Notes: a model not told the origin generated them from the sequence alone. Shown: positions 39,915 to 52,870, numbered from the stretch's first letter. The stretch: 64,000 bases of DNA from Octopus sinensis (GCF_006345805.1 NC_043002.1:17980001-18044000); one strand, 5' to 3'. Numbers and translations are program-made.

Positions 39915-40930
39915 AAATAATAAATATAAATATATATTCATGTGTGTGTGTGTGTGGGTGTGTGCGCGCGCGTGTAAATAAACTATTTGGTACCATCCAA
40001 GGAGATTTATTATTAATTTGTTATTATTCATACATACATATATATGTATGTATGTATATATATACATATAAACATATTTTTGTATAATTATATATATATA
40101 TAAATTTGTACATATGTGTATATAACTATATATATATATATATAGATAGATAGATAGATAGATAGATAAACATACATAATTATATATATATATGTATATG
40201 AATATATATATACATATGTATATATAATAACAATTTAATAAATAAAACATATACATACATACATATATGTACATACCTACATCTATATGTATATATACAT
40301 GCATATATGAGTACAGGACACCACAAATAAACGTAGGACACAACGAGAAACGAAAACATAAACCCAAACAAGGAAACGGACTTTTTTTAACAACCAAAAA
40401 ACAAAGTACAAGACAAACAACACAAGGAACATTCCCCTTCTTCAGCTGCCCCTGTTTCGATTCAATGCGTGTTTCGAAGGTAAGGGCAGAACACGACCAC
40501 GTCGAAGCAGTCCTTCCCGTAAAATTTTTTTGCGGAGGGATAACAAAAAAGTGACAAGAACAGGACGTAAAAGCAAAACAAATGAAGATAAAAACAGTAC
40601 ACATAAAGATAAAAACAGTAAAAGACAGGACAAGGAAACCAATAAGGGCTTTTTTAAGCCTAGACGATGGAAAAATACGTTAGAACGCATTCTGAAGATA
40701 GGCTTGTTGTTGATTTCCTTTAGTCCGTAATATCTTTTTATATATATAATACAACCAGTACAGCACATCACCAACGAGTGAAAAATACGTAAACACATAA
40801 AACAAATAAGGGATAGAATTCCAAAAGAAGTCTAAGTCCTCATCAGTAGTCGACAGTTAATTACTCCCTATTTCGAGCTAGTCGCTAGGTATGATGCTAT
40901 TTCGGATCTGCATGATTCGAACCATGTTAA
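39915..40930 (-). mobile_element. microsatellite-laden interspersed repeat, possibly PLE-derived and non-autonomous
   Basis: strong strand asymmetry, internal TA/GATA mosaic, partial homolog at 37285-37410; no coding motif recognised. Confidence 0.4.
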
Positions 40931-42011
40931 ACGTATATAGATTTTTAAAATAACCTAATTGGATCAGATCTCTTCATGGCTGTCTATTTAAAATGGCTCA
41001 TGCTTACATATTTTTCTGAGGAATAAGAATTATATAGTACGATAAGCAGGATGGTAAAAATGTACTAAGGTAGATTGATGAGGACCACATATTCGTATTT
41101 AAAGCAACCAAATCATAAAAATATTAAGTTATGCGAAAAAGAGAAAGAAGACGTCAAGAAATTAATAGGAGGTATTAGCTAATCGAATCATGCTAAACAA
41201 CTTTGAGGGACTTGAAAAATAGACGGTTAGGGGTTGTGAGAGACAGTATGTAGTCATGGGTAAGATATCGTGGAGACGTTAAGTAATTTAAATTGAAAAG
41301 CAGAATAGAGAGAGATAAAGAAATAAAAAATAAAGAGAGAAATAAAGAGAGAAAAAAAACAACGAAATGAAAATTGTACAGAGGGATATTTGCCAATTGA
41401 ATTAAGCTAGTGAAAACTATAATGTATTTAGATATACTATAATATAAATCATTTAAATCATATATGTGAGTCATAATATTTTAAAGTAATGGCTAAAAAA
41501 ATTTGGCTACATTAAATAATTAGATATATAATTTAAACTTAGATATTTAATTATCCTTCACTCATAAATAGTTTTGTATCGTCACTAGTTGAGATCAATT
41601 TGATATTGGAGGGAATATAGATAAAATAAAATTTTAAGATACTTAGCTTTACATTCTACTATGAAGAAAATTAATCGTTACTTATTCTGAAAAATTTATG
41701 ATGTAAACTTTTAAAACAATAACAGATACCTTCAATTATGTATAAAAGTTTATAGATGGATAAATAAATTATATATTATTTACACCTATGAGGAAATATA
41801 GAAACTTGTAATAATTAAAGTAAAAATATGAGGTAATTTTTAAATTCATCTTTAGTCATTCTGAAAAAAATGGCTTGTCTGCCTTCGTTTATCTAGGGAA
41901 AGAATTAAGATTAAGTGACAGTAGAAAAAGGGAAAAAGATCTGATAAAATGATATATAGGAGAAAAACTTGTTTTGCAATTGAAATATGTGTATAAATTA
42001 TGTGGATGTTC

Positions 42012-42045
<34 letters not shown>

Positions 42046-42051
<6 letters not shown>

Positions 42052-42971
42052 GAAATGAGGTAATCAGAAGATCGGATGGTTCATATTTATAGATATTTAT
42101 TTATATATTACATTTTTTATATATATATATCATATCATTCAGATCATATCATTCAGATCATATCATTCAGATTAATAGCGCTTTCTCCCATTCTAGTGGG
42201 GTTTTCAAATCAAATTAATTCCTTTGTGGGGAATTTAATCATTTTATAGAGTTTCGTAGTTGTGGGGAGGAATAAGACAGTACAAGAGGGTGAAGTTGAT
42301 GAGGAGGAAGTGAGAGAGAGAACATGTGTGTATGTGTATGTGTGTGTGTGTGTGTGTGTGTTTGTATCTCAGGCTAAAGAGAAAGAGGGGAAGGGAGAGG
42401 GAAGAAGAAGAAGGATTTCCTTGGTCTGCTGGACCCCCAAGGGAGTTCCAAGAAATTTAGCTTTTTGTCTATTTTGGTGTCACTGACTGTGTTGGTGGGT
42501 AGGCAGACCATAATTACACCTTTTATGATTTTGAGGATGGTCAAATACCATTTGGGGTCTAAGACCTCTTCTACTTTGTATGATCGTTTTGTGGAGGTGT
42601 GTGTGTGTGTGTCTGTGTGTCCGTGTGTGTTTGTGTGCGTGTGTGTGTGTGTCTCTGTGTGTTTGGAGAAGGGGAGAGAGACAAAAAGAGAAAAGGGAAA
42701 ATAAAAATAAAAAAAAATAAGGGAGGAAATGAGAAGAAAAAAAATTTTTGTGTGTTGATATTTATACCACTACATATATATACACAGACTTGTACATAAA
42801 ATATTTGAAAAAAAGCCTTTTATCGGTTCAAAATGAACAACCAATTACACCATCTTGAAAATTGTATATCATAGGAAAGTTAAAATTAAAGTGACAATTA
42901 AAAAGTAAAGATGGAAGTAAATTATAAAGATAATAATATAATGTATATACAGGCAATATATATATATACAT

Positions 42972-43008
<37 letters not shown>

Positions 43009-43306
43009 GAAATGAGGTAATCAGAAGATCGGATGGTTCATATTTATAGATATTTATTTATATATTACATTTTTTATATATATATATCATATCATTCAGA
43101 TCATATCATTCAGATCATATCATTCAGATCATATCATTCAGATTAATAGCGCTTTCTCTCCCATTCTAGTGGGGTTTTCAAATCAAATTAATTCCTTTGT
43201 GGGGAATTTAATCATTTTATAGAGTTTCGTAGTTGTGGGGAGGAATAAGACAGTACAAGAGGGTGAAGTTGATGAGGAGGAAGTGAGAGAGAGAACATGT
43301 GTGTAT

Positions 43307-43343
<37 letters not shown>

Positions 43344-43960
43344 TATCTCAGGCTAAAGAGAAAGAGGGGAAGGGAGAGGGAAGAAGAAGAAGGATTTCCT
43401 TTGGTCTGCTGGACCCCCAAGGGAGTTCCAAGAAATTTAGCTTTTTGTCTATTTTGGTGTCACTGACTGTGTTGGTGGGTAGGCAGACCATAAATTACAC
43501 CTTTTATGATTTTGAGGATGGTCAAATACCATTTGGGGTCTAAGACCTCTTCTACTTTGTATGATCGTTTTGTGGAGGTGTGTGTGTGTGTGTCTGTGTG
43601 TCCGTGTGTGTTTGTGTGCGTGTGTGTGTGTGTCTCTGTGTGTTTGGAGAAGGGGAGAGAGACAAAAAGAGAAAAGGGAAAATAAAAATAAAAATAAAAA
43701 TAAGGGAGGAAATGAGAAGAAAAAAAATTTTTGTGTGTTGATATTTATACCACTACATATATATACACAGACTTGTACATAAAATATTTGAAAAAAAGCC
43801 TTTTATCGGTTCAAAATGAACAACCAAATTACACCATCTTGAAAATTGTATATCATAGGAAAGTTAAAATTAAAGTGACAATTAAAAAGTAAAGATGGAA
43901 GTAAATTATAAAGATAATAATATAATGTATATAACAGGCAATATATATATATACATACAC
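42046..43960 (-). repeat. ~957-bp tandem duplication (units start 42046 and 43003) at the 3' side of the PLE at 44433-47458
   Basis: near-identical units; their right part (about 43760-43950) recurs diverged at 44135-44320 next to the PLE stop, suggesting 3' UTR/pseudo-LTR. Confidence 0.9.
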
Positions 43961-44432
43961 ATATATATATATATATTATATATATATATATATATACACA
44001 CACACCTATATATATATATATACACACACACCTATATATATATATATACACACATACAGACATATACTAAATGTTCTACTATATTAGATTGTAAATCGAA
44101 AGATGCGTCCTTCAATGTCACTATATATATATACACATGCTTACACATGAAATATTTAGAAAAAAACCCACCTTCTATCGAATCAAAATGAACAATCAAA
44201 TTACACCATCTTGAAAATTGCATATCATAGCAAGGTTAAAATTAGAATGACAATTGGCAAGTAAATATCAAATAAATTACAAAAACAATATAATGTATAT
44301 AACAGGTAACATATATATACACACACACCTATATATATATATATATATACACATATATTAAATGTTCTACTATATTATATTGTAAATCGAAAGATTTGTC
44401 CTTCAATGTATGTTGAGTAAAGTTTCAGCCAT

Positions 44433-47400
44433 TTAATTTGGGGAGAACTTAGTTATGAAATGTTTTTCCATATTCCTCCTGAAGGAGGTGTCGTTCTTCG
44501 GACACTTGTAGAAGGGAAAGATCTTAAATTTTCCTTCTCCACATGTAGCTAGGTGTGTGCTTAGTGGTATTTTGCGTAGTTCTTCCTGCCGAATATGTTG
44601 TCGGTGAATCCTGGCTCGCTGGCACAAAGAATTACCAGTTTCACCTACGTAATTCTCCTTGCACCTGGGGCAGGTTATGCAGTATATGACGTTCTGTGTC
44701 TTGCAGTTCATATCTGCATTTACTTTGAATATGTCACCATTTTTAAATCCCATCTCTCTGTTACCCTCTATGTATTTGTAGGTGGGGTTGCTGCAGATCC
44801 CACATCTACCATCTCCGCACTCTTTTGCAAAGAATTCCGTTTTAGTTTCTGAAGAGAATTTCGCTCTTGTTAGGTGTTTTTTTAGGTTTTTGTCCTGTCG
44901 TCTACTGTTTTCTATGCTATATTTGTTTAATATGTTTTTCATTTTGGGGCTTTATAAGGCTATTGGTAGGTTTGAATGTATGGTTTGGAAGATGTTGGTA
45001 ACTCCAGGGTTGTGTGTGTTTATAAAAGGGATAGTGTTTTCTTTGTTTTTTGTTTTGGGTGTCCTGAGTTGTGCGATGTCTAGTTTTAATGCTCTTGTGA
45101 TTCCATTTTCTATTAGTTTAAGGGGGTATTTTTGCTCTAGGAGGAAGTTTTTGAATTCATCTAGTCTTATTAGTCGTATTTGTGAATCAGTTACTATGCT
45201 ATATATTCGTCGTGCCATACTATATGGGATGTTTCTTTTTGTGTGGGATGGGTGGCAGGAGTGGAAATTTAAGTATTGATGTGTGTCAGTTTTTTTGTAG
45301 TGGATGTCTGTTGTGACGATGGAGTTGTGTATTTTGATATTGATGTCTAGGAAGGGAAGCTTGTTGTGGCTGGTATCTATTGTGAAGTTGATAGATGGGT
45401 GCAGCGTATTGAGGATGTTGTGGAATGTTTGTAGGTCCTCTTCTGATCTGTTCCAAAAGATGAAGCAGTCATCGAGGTAGCGTTTCCACTTTTTCTTGAT
45501 GTCTTCTCTGAAGTCGTGTTCGAAGACTTTCCCTATTTCATCATATAGTTTTTTCTCCAGGAAACCCATCACCAGGTTGGCATATGAAGGTGCGAATTTT
45601 CTACCCATAGCTGTGCCTTTTATCTGTCGGTATGTCTTGTTGAATGAGAATGTGTTTTCTTCGAGTATTAGTTGGGTGGCTTGGGTGATAAAGTTTGTCT
45701 TGAAGCATTCGTCTATAAGTTCTCTGTATTTTTCTATTGATTGTTTTATAGCTTCTTGACCTAGGGTGTGTGGTATGTTTGTGTATAGATTTGTGACATC
45801 AAAGCTTGCAAGTATGGTGTTTTTCGGGACTGTATTTGGAATGTGTGTGAGGAAGTCTATGTCATCCCTTATGTAGCTTCGTATCTGTGCGCATAAAGGT
45901 TTGAGGAGTATATCTATGAAGTGGCTTAGTTGTTGTGTTGGTGCCTGGGGTCCTGCCACTATTGGTCTCATTGTGAGGTCTGCAGGCCTTTGTACTCTTT
46001 TATAGTGGTTCCTCTGTTCCTTTATGGCTCTCTGTATTTCAGAGCTTTTATGAATTTTAGGTAATCCATAAAAATTGCTTTCTTTGGTTTGTGAGTTGCA
46101 TAGATAGTCTTTCTCCTTATATGTAAAGGAGTCCTGATATTCATTGACTAAAGTTCTAATTTTTTTATTGTTGTTTTCTCCGGTGGTGTTGGTTCCTCTT
46201 TGTAATATGTCTGGTTGTTCAGTAACTCCAGTATCTTTTCATTGTAGTAATCTGTGTCCATAATTACTATTGCCCCACCTTTGTCAGCTTCTTTTATAAT
46301 GATTGATTTGTCATTTTTCAGTTTTTGTAGGGCTTGTTTTTCTTCTCTGCGGAAATTCTGTTTGCATTTGTGTGTGTGGAGAGGGAATTTGGATATTGTT
46401 TCTATGTATGTGTCAAGGTGTTTGTCACTTCCCTTGTAAGGGGTGAAGTGGGATTTTTTTCTTATGATTGAGTTATCTTCTGTTTCTTTATTTTCAAAGA
46501 ATTCCATAAGGCGGAGGCAGCGGCTGAAGTTGTCTATATCAGTTTTTAGTTCTATGAGGTTTGGAGTGGGTGTAGGTGTAAATTTGAGGCCTTTTAGTAG
46601 TAGGTTCATTTCATTTTCGTCAAGTTCTCTTTTAGATAAGTTTATTATTTTGGGGTCTATGTGTTTTATGAGTTCATCCGGAATTTTTGGTGTATTGGGT
46701 CTGGAGTATGGTTGAAGTATCCTCTCCCTAAAAAATGGGTTGTGTTGTTACGTCTCCAAATTCCATTTTCAGTTCTTAGGTTTTCTTGTAGTTGGGGTGG
46801 TCTGTGTGGTCTGTATGTGTTGTTTTGTCTTTGGTAGTTGTTTTCTTCCCATCTTCTGTGTTTGTTGAGCCAATATCTATTACTGGGGTTCAGGTTTCTT
46901 TGTGGGTAGGTGGATGGTTCATGTATTGTATTGATAGTGGGAGTCGTTTTTTATCCATCTTGTAAATTTGTGGGGTTGCATGTGGTTGGTGTTTATGTGG
47001 TTTCGATTTCCTCGATGTTTGTTGTAGGTTATGTGTTGATTTCTATCCACTTGTTTATTGTTCCATGTGTGTGTCCTTTTAGGATGTCCAGTGTTATGTG
47101 TTGGTGGTTGTTCATATTCTATTTGTTCTCTCCAAGTGTTATAGGTTGTTGATTGTATGTATTGTGCTCGTCTTGCTGTTGGTGTGTTTGTTTTTGTGGG
47201 GTTTTGGGTTCATGGTTGTCTTTCATATTTTGTGTATCTGTTAATTGGGGGTTTCGGCAGTGTAAGGAGCGGGATTTTGGTTTGTCTTGGTAGGGCTTAT
47301 TTGGATGTCTGGGAGTCCAATATGTTTGTGGTGTTGGTTTGTTTTGGTAGTTTTTTTGTCTTTATAATTGATTCTTCCCCATAGTTCTTTTCGTAGTTTA

Positions 47401-47458
47401 AAAACCACTCATGTTGTTTGGTCCACATAAATCTGGATCTTTCCTCCTCTCGTTCGGT
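44433..47458 (-). mobile_element. Penelope-like element (Neptune-type), near-full-length RT + GIY-YIG ORF with few lesions
   Basis: IINLSKREL..LLLKGLKFTPTP, KEADKGGAIVIMD, YGLPKIHK, QIKGTAMG, RYLDD, Cys linker CGDGRCGIC, VIYCITC..C...YVGET; ORF pieces 46148-46609, 44952-45971, 44433-44942; ends at (TA)n 47459. Confidence 0.95.
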
Positions 47459-47518
<60 letters not shown>

Positions 47519-47559
47519 GTCTTTTGAATAGCTTCAGTTACTTTGCTGGTATATTTTCA

Positions 47560-47878
47560 CTTTGTTCCAGGTGCCCCCTGGGCTCAGCGAGCAGTTTGCT
47601 CAGTGGTATCTCCCATGAAGTAAATTTGTTCTGCGTTGTTGACAGGAAGAATAGAGCCTATCCGATGCTAGGTTTGGCACTGAATATTAAACGTTGGCAT
47701 ATAAGTCTTCAGGAATAAGTTTGTGACCGAGACTTGTCATCTGGAAGGTAAAGTTATAAGCGCGAATTTTCTGTATAAACTGATGCGAATCAGAATGTTG
47801 ACCAAGGAGTAAAGAGAAGAAAGGCTGAGTGTTTTGCAGGTCAGGCAAGCGAACATTTCTGTTTGAGGGCCTTGCCAA
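47560..47878 (-). pseudogene. Helitron RepHel N-terminal fragment
   Basis: SHQFIQKIRAYNFTFQMTSLG-(fs)-YMPTFNIQCQT*HRIGSILP..QIYFMGD matches Helitron F..NIR.YNS.F.MTS.G / MPTFKIQGQVYHRIGSLLP. Confidence 0.8.
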
Positions 47879-48104
47879 ATGGACATATTACAGAGATATC
47901 CCCTGTAACAATCTCTGTTACAGGGTAGGTAAACGAAGCTATTAAATAGAAGAGAGGAGATGAAACACCACATTTGAAGTAACTCAGAATAGATAAAGGT
48001 AAGCTTGCCAAAGTTTAATGCAACTTAAATATGGAGATTAAGATTGTTTGGTACAGTGTTGCTAGTCAATTTAATCACAGTCAAAAGTATTCTCTAATGT
48101 CAAT

Positions 48105-48524
48105 GTGGAGGCGCAATGGTCCAGTGGTTAGGGCAGCGGACTCGCGGTGGTAGGATCGCGGTTTCGATTCCCAGACCGGGCGTTGTGAGTGTTTATTGAG
48201 CGAAAACACCTAAAGCTCCACGAGGCTCCGGCAGGGATGGTGGTAATCCCGGCTGTACTATTTCACCACAACTTTCTCTCACCACAGCTTTCTCTTACCA
48301 CAGCTTTCTCTCACTCTTTCTTCCTGTTTCTGTTGTACCTGTATTTCAAAGGGCCGGCCTTGTCACTCTCTGTGTCACGCTGAATATCCCCGAGAACTAC
48401 GTTAAGGGTACACGTGTCTGTGGAGTGCTCAGCCACTTACACGTTAATTTCACGAGCAGGCTGTTCTGTTGATCGGATCAACCGGAACCCTCGTCATCGT
48501 AACCGACGGAGTGCTTCCCTTTTC
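48105..48524 (+). mobile_element. family A SINE, full length
   Basis: 11-bp TSD ctaatgtcaat (48094-48104 / 48525-48535); internal caccacagctttctct duplication. Confidence 0.92.
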
Positions 48525-48699
48525 CTAATGTCAATATACGACAATGTGGAATAAAAAGTATGGAAGAACCTACATACAAAAAATATGTACATACAGCGAA
48601 CTTGGAAAAACTTTTAAATTAACATAAACATTTATTTACATGAAAACAAATTGACAGCTTCCAAAGCATGTTTCCTGGCTGTCTTTCCGTGCAGGTGAA

Positions 48700-48952
48700 C
48701 AGTCGAAGTAAATAAATAGACAAAATTCTTTCACTTTTAGGAAATGATTAAAAAAGTAGGGAGGCCCCTACATACAAATAGCTATGTCCATTTACGTCCA
48801 TTTATGCGGTGTTATGTGCAAAATGTTATAGTGCATGGCAACCCTTGGGACATAACTAATGTGTGTGTAAAGTTTAGATAAAATCGGTTGAGAATTGTGG
48901 AAATGTATGCGTTAGTCATTATACACACACATATCGCGATTTATATATACAA
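48700..48952 (+). mobile_element. second HINE/DINE-1-like element, 3' part
   Basis: aagtttagataaaatcggttgagaattgtggaa..cacacacat..atttatatatacaagat resembles DINE-1-type 3' ends; 5' end not resolved. Confidence 0.4.
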
Positions 48953-49546
48953 GATAATGAAAAGCAGAGAACAGAATGAATTAATGATAATTCTAAAGGA
49001 AACCTTGGAAAGATAGTATTCACTACGGAGAGTATTCCATTACACTTTACAAAACTGTACATTACGAATAGTGATATTGATTTTGATAAGAAAAATCAGA
49101 TAAAACAATGTTAAAAACATATGTAATATAAAATGAATTTCAAAATGAAACTTCATTTTTGAAGTTATCAATTATTTGATATATCATTTGTAGGTTAATC
49201 AGAAGATGTGTATATTATAAGAATTAAAAATTCCAATATAGTTTTTTTTTTTAATTCAGATTAATGATTATAAAATTATAAAGAATAAAAGATTCTACAT
49301 TTAAAAATATATCTAAATTAAACATTATTAATAAAAATTAATCAAAATAATTCAAAAATTGAAGTCCCTTAAAAATATATAAAATTTAGAAAACTAATTA
49401 TGAATAATGAAGAACTAATTGAAAGTAAATAAAAAATAGTTTAAAATGATATAATTGTATATACTAAATTACACTAGCTTTGTCCAACACGCTGGGCCAA
49501 GAAAATGTTGATCCAGCCTATTATATTATTATACTGCATGAATCAG

Positions 49547-49960
49547 TGTTGTAAAGCGGTCTTTTTCCACTGTTGTATCTGTCTTTTTACGACGGTGGTC
49601 GCTCCGACAGATATTGTTATATTCCGAAGTCATCGACAGAATGGTTTTATCTGACATTGTACGACACCCAATCGTTCAGTGTTATTATCGTCAAAAGGTT
49701 GATTCGTTATAATGCCCAATCAGTATCGCAGTTTAATTACTATACCAACACATACAAGACTATCAGCACATCTACACGTACTCTCGACCTTCTCTGACCT
49801 TCTCTCTCTATCGACCGGCTAGTGGTCTATTTATAATGACTGCCTACTGCTACTTTTTACCGGGATGATGTACAATTTCACTATACAACAACTCTCCGTT
49901 TAATTTTTTATTAATAACCAATTTCTTTTATTCACCTTACCGCCTCTTCATATATATATA

Positions 49961-50038
<78 letters not shown>

Positions 50039-50342
50039 GTGTGTGTGTGTGTGGTGTGTGTGTGTGTGGTGTGTGTGTGTGTGTGGTGTGTGTGTGTGTG
50101 TGTGTGTGTGCGCGGAGGCGCGTAGCTTAGTAATTAAGATGTCAGCATAATGAGCGCACGATTGTGGTTTTGATTCCTGGACCGAGCGACGCGTTGTGTT
50201 CTTGAGCAAAACACTTCATTTCACGTCGCTCCAGTCCACTCACCTGGCAAAAATGAGTAACGCTGCGACGGACTGGCGTCCCATCCAGCTGGAGGAACAC
50301 ATACGCCATTGAAACCGGGAAACCGGGCCCATGAGCGCATTG

Positions 50343-50373
<31 letters not shown>

Positions 50374-51016
50374 CGCAATATCTTTTCGCCTCGAAGGGTA
50401 CTATTTGAATTTTCTTATGTGATTTGCTACATGGTCAGGTGAAGATGTATTCTCCGGTTGTTGTTCTTGTTCATTGAGTTGTTGTTGCTGTTTTTTCAAC
50501 TCAACTACCCCAATTAATATGTCTTCTGTTTTTTACGATTTTTCTAAATTTGCACATGATTGTCGTTTCCTTTTATTTTCGAGGTATTCAATTTTCCACG
50601 TGAATTAGTCTAAACTCTTCACGAATGTGTATTATTTTCCACTCCGCGTAAATTTGTTTTTCCCCGTCGCCACTGTTGTGAAGCGGTGTTTTTCCACTGT
50701 TGTATATGTTTTTTTGACGACGGTTGTCGCTCTGACAGATATTGTTATATTCAGATGTTGTCGATAGAATGCTTCTACCTGACACTGTACGACCCCCAAT
50801 CGTACTGTGTTATTATCCTCAAATGGTTAGATTGTTATAAAGTCCGCACAGTAACACTGCATAATTACTATATCTGCACAGACACGACTATCAATACAGT
50901 CTACACGTACTCTCGACCTTCTCTGACCTTCTCTCTCTACCGGCTACTGTTATATTTATAATGGCTGGCTACTACCACTTTCTACTGGGAGAGGTGTACA
51001 ATTTCACTACATAACA
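49547..51016 (-). mobile_element. miniature non-autonomous LTR retroelement (TRIM-like), LTRs 50674-51016 and 49547-49890
   Basis: LTR ends TGTT...AACA, PBS tggcgacgggg next to the 5' LTR (50662-50672), PPT aaacggagag before the 3' LTR, 5-bp TSD ATCAG (49542-49546 / 51017-51021); LTRs roughly 80% identical by eye. Confidence 0.85.
50114..50336 (+). mobile_element. tRNA-derived SINE, family D, with V-domain-like block
   Basis: tRNA-like head; gcgacggactggcgtcccatccag resembles the V-SINE central domain; inserted inside the LTR element; head fragment at 61973-62090. Confidence 0.7.
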
Positions 51017-51339
51017 ATCAGTATTATATTTATTAAGGAATGTTTAGAAATTTCTTATAAATACATGTGTACAGTGCAACAATAATTCATTTCTTGTGTT
51101 TAATATTTTAAATTAGGATGTAAAGATATGCAGTGTATTCACAAGGCACAATTTACACTTTCGTTTCCATCCATTATACAATATCAAGCTATCTATCTCA
51201 CACCATTTAATATTGTATCTTCGCATTTAAGATCTAGGTTACTTTTCCTAATGAAAATATTTCTTTTGTTTTCTATATTTAACTAAAGATATATGAATCT
51301 TAATGTAAGCCTTAATTGCGCAAACACCTCTATAAAAGT

Positions 51340-52870
51340 ATTTTTACCTATTGGTACTGAAGACATTCAAATCCCTACATGGTCTTGAACCAATATTCTG
51401 GTTACGGTTCATTGATGACGTTCTTTTTGTCTGAGAAGGTTCACGGGATAGTTTAATTGACTTCTTGCATTTCTGTGGATTTTATGCTAAAAACTATGGC
51501 TTTAAGTCCAACAAAATTTACGTCTAGCTTTTCAAAAACTAACGTTGAAATTTTGGACATAAATGTTAAGTTCTCTGGCGGCAGAATACAGACAGATTTA
51601 TTTTACAAGCCCACGTCATCCCACATTTACCTCCACCACCGCTCCGATCATTTACATCATATTATTCGATCAAATACGTAATCCCAATTTTTTAGGATAA
51701 AACTAATTTGTATTGAAATACGGGATTACTGGAAGCATATCATTACGTCAAACCCGGTTACAGTGAATCACGATTAAAGGCAATTGCAAATGACATAGAT
51801 AAGATTAGCAATGAAAGTCAAACTTTCACGCATAAGTTTAGCAAACAAATTACAATGTGTGTCAGAATTCCTTCAGTGATTAACTGGTACCGTAATTTCG
51901 CTAGCATTTCAAAAGAAAAAAGCCTTGTTTCAAACAAATATTTCTTCAGTCACCTATTGTAGACTTTAGACGAAATAAAAATATGAGGGAATTATTAACC
52001 TCTACCTCTAGCTCCAAGGAAGCTAACATTGGAGTTTCTGTATGCTGTACCTTGAAAAACAACTGCAAGAGAGGTAAGCCTGGTTCATTATACAACATAA
52101 GTGATTTCAATTCCATCCGGAATCGTAACAGAAATGCTATGATTAACACGAAAGGTGAGACATGTAGAGATTCCCATTTGGTGTACGTAGTAGAATGCAC
52201 GGAACTCAACTTGATTTATGTTGGTTTTACAACAGAACAATTAAACAAAAGATTCAATGGGCACAGGTATGACGTCAGGCACAATAAGAGTAGTTCGACA
52301 GAACTTGCCGAACCTTTTACATCAAACGACTGCAATTTCGAAAAATACTTGAGAGTGCATTCTGTTACACCTTCAGTCCTCAAACTACATGATGAGAAAT
52401 ATATAAGAACAAAATGACGGTAAATTCATCATGTTTACACGAATCTGTTTTTCTTCTTTTTCCTTTTCTTTTATCGTTTCTTCTTTTTTCTCTTTTTTCT
52501 TACTTATTCTTTTTGCTAGTTGTAAACTTGAAAATTGGAGACTGATGATGTTATTCTGTCAACGTGGGAATGTAGGTTGTCCTCATTCAATGTTTTGAAT
52601 TTGAATTTCTGAAATTTTGAACGTATATAATTTTGAATTTTTATGTATCATTTTTCCTTTTGAACTCGACATGACAGGCAAGGTGTCGAAAAATTTCTCA
52701 AACCAAGAACATATCTATCTGCTGCACTTTCAGTCCTCAAAATACATGACAAGAAATATATTTGTGAATTATTAACATCATGCCCTGAAGGGATGAACAA
52801 AAATGACGACAATTCCATTATGTTTACACAAGACTATTGAAAAGGTTGCAAGACGCAACGAAAATTTTAG
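51340..52870 (+). mobile_element. degraded Penelope-like element with repeated EN 3' end (pseudo-LTR)
   Basis: WLRFIDD, TDLFYKPT.SHIYLH..S.H, LVYVVEC....YVGFT...L..RF..H; 52362-52443 recurs at 52720-52832 with YICELLTSCPEGMN. Confidence 0.85.
52834..52870 (+). ncRNA. candidate minimal hammerhead, U3-A8 core variant
   Basis: cta-TTGAAAA-g-gttgc(aagac)gcaac-GAAA-at-TT-tag; stem I only 3 bp; extra G before stem II. Confidence 0.35.

Noticed and set aside
40790-40930. CTGATGA on the minus strand and a ggatc/gattc stem with gaaccatgt on the plus strand
   Set aside because: Core and GAAA are not in hammerhead order on either strand; at most a deleted relic
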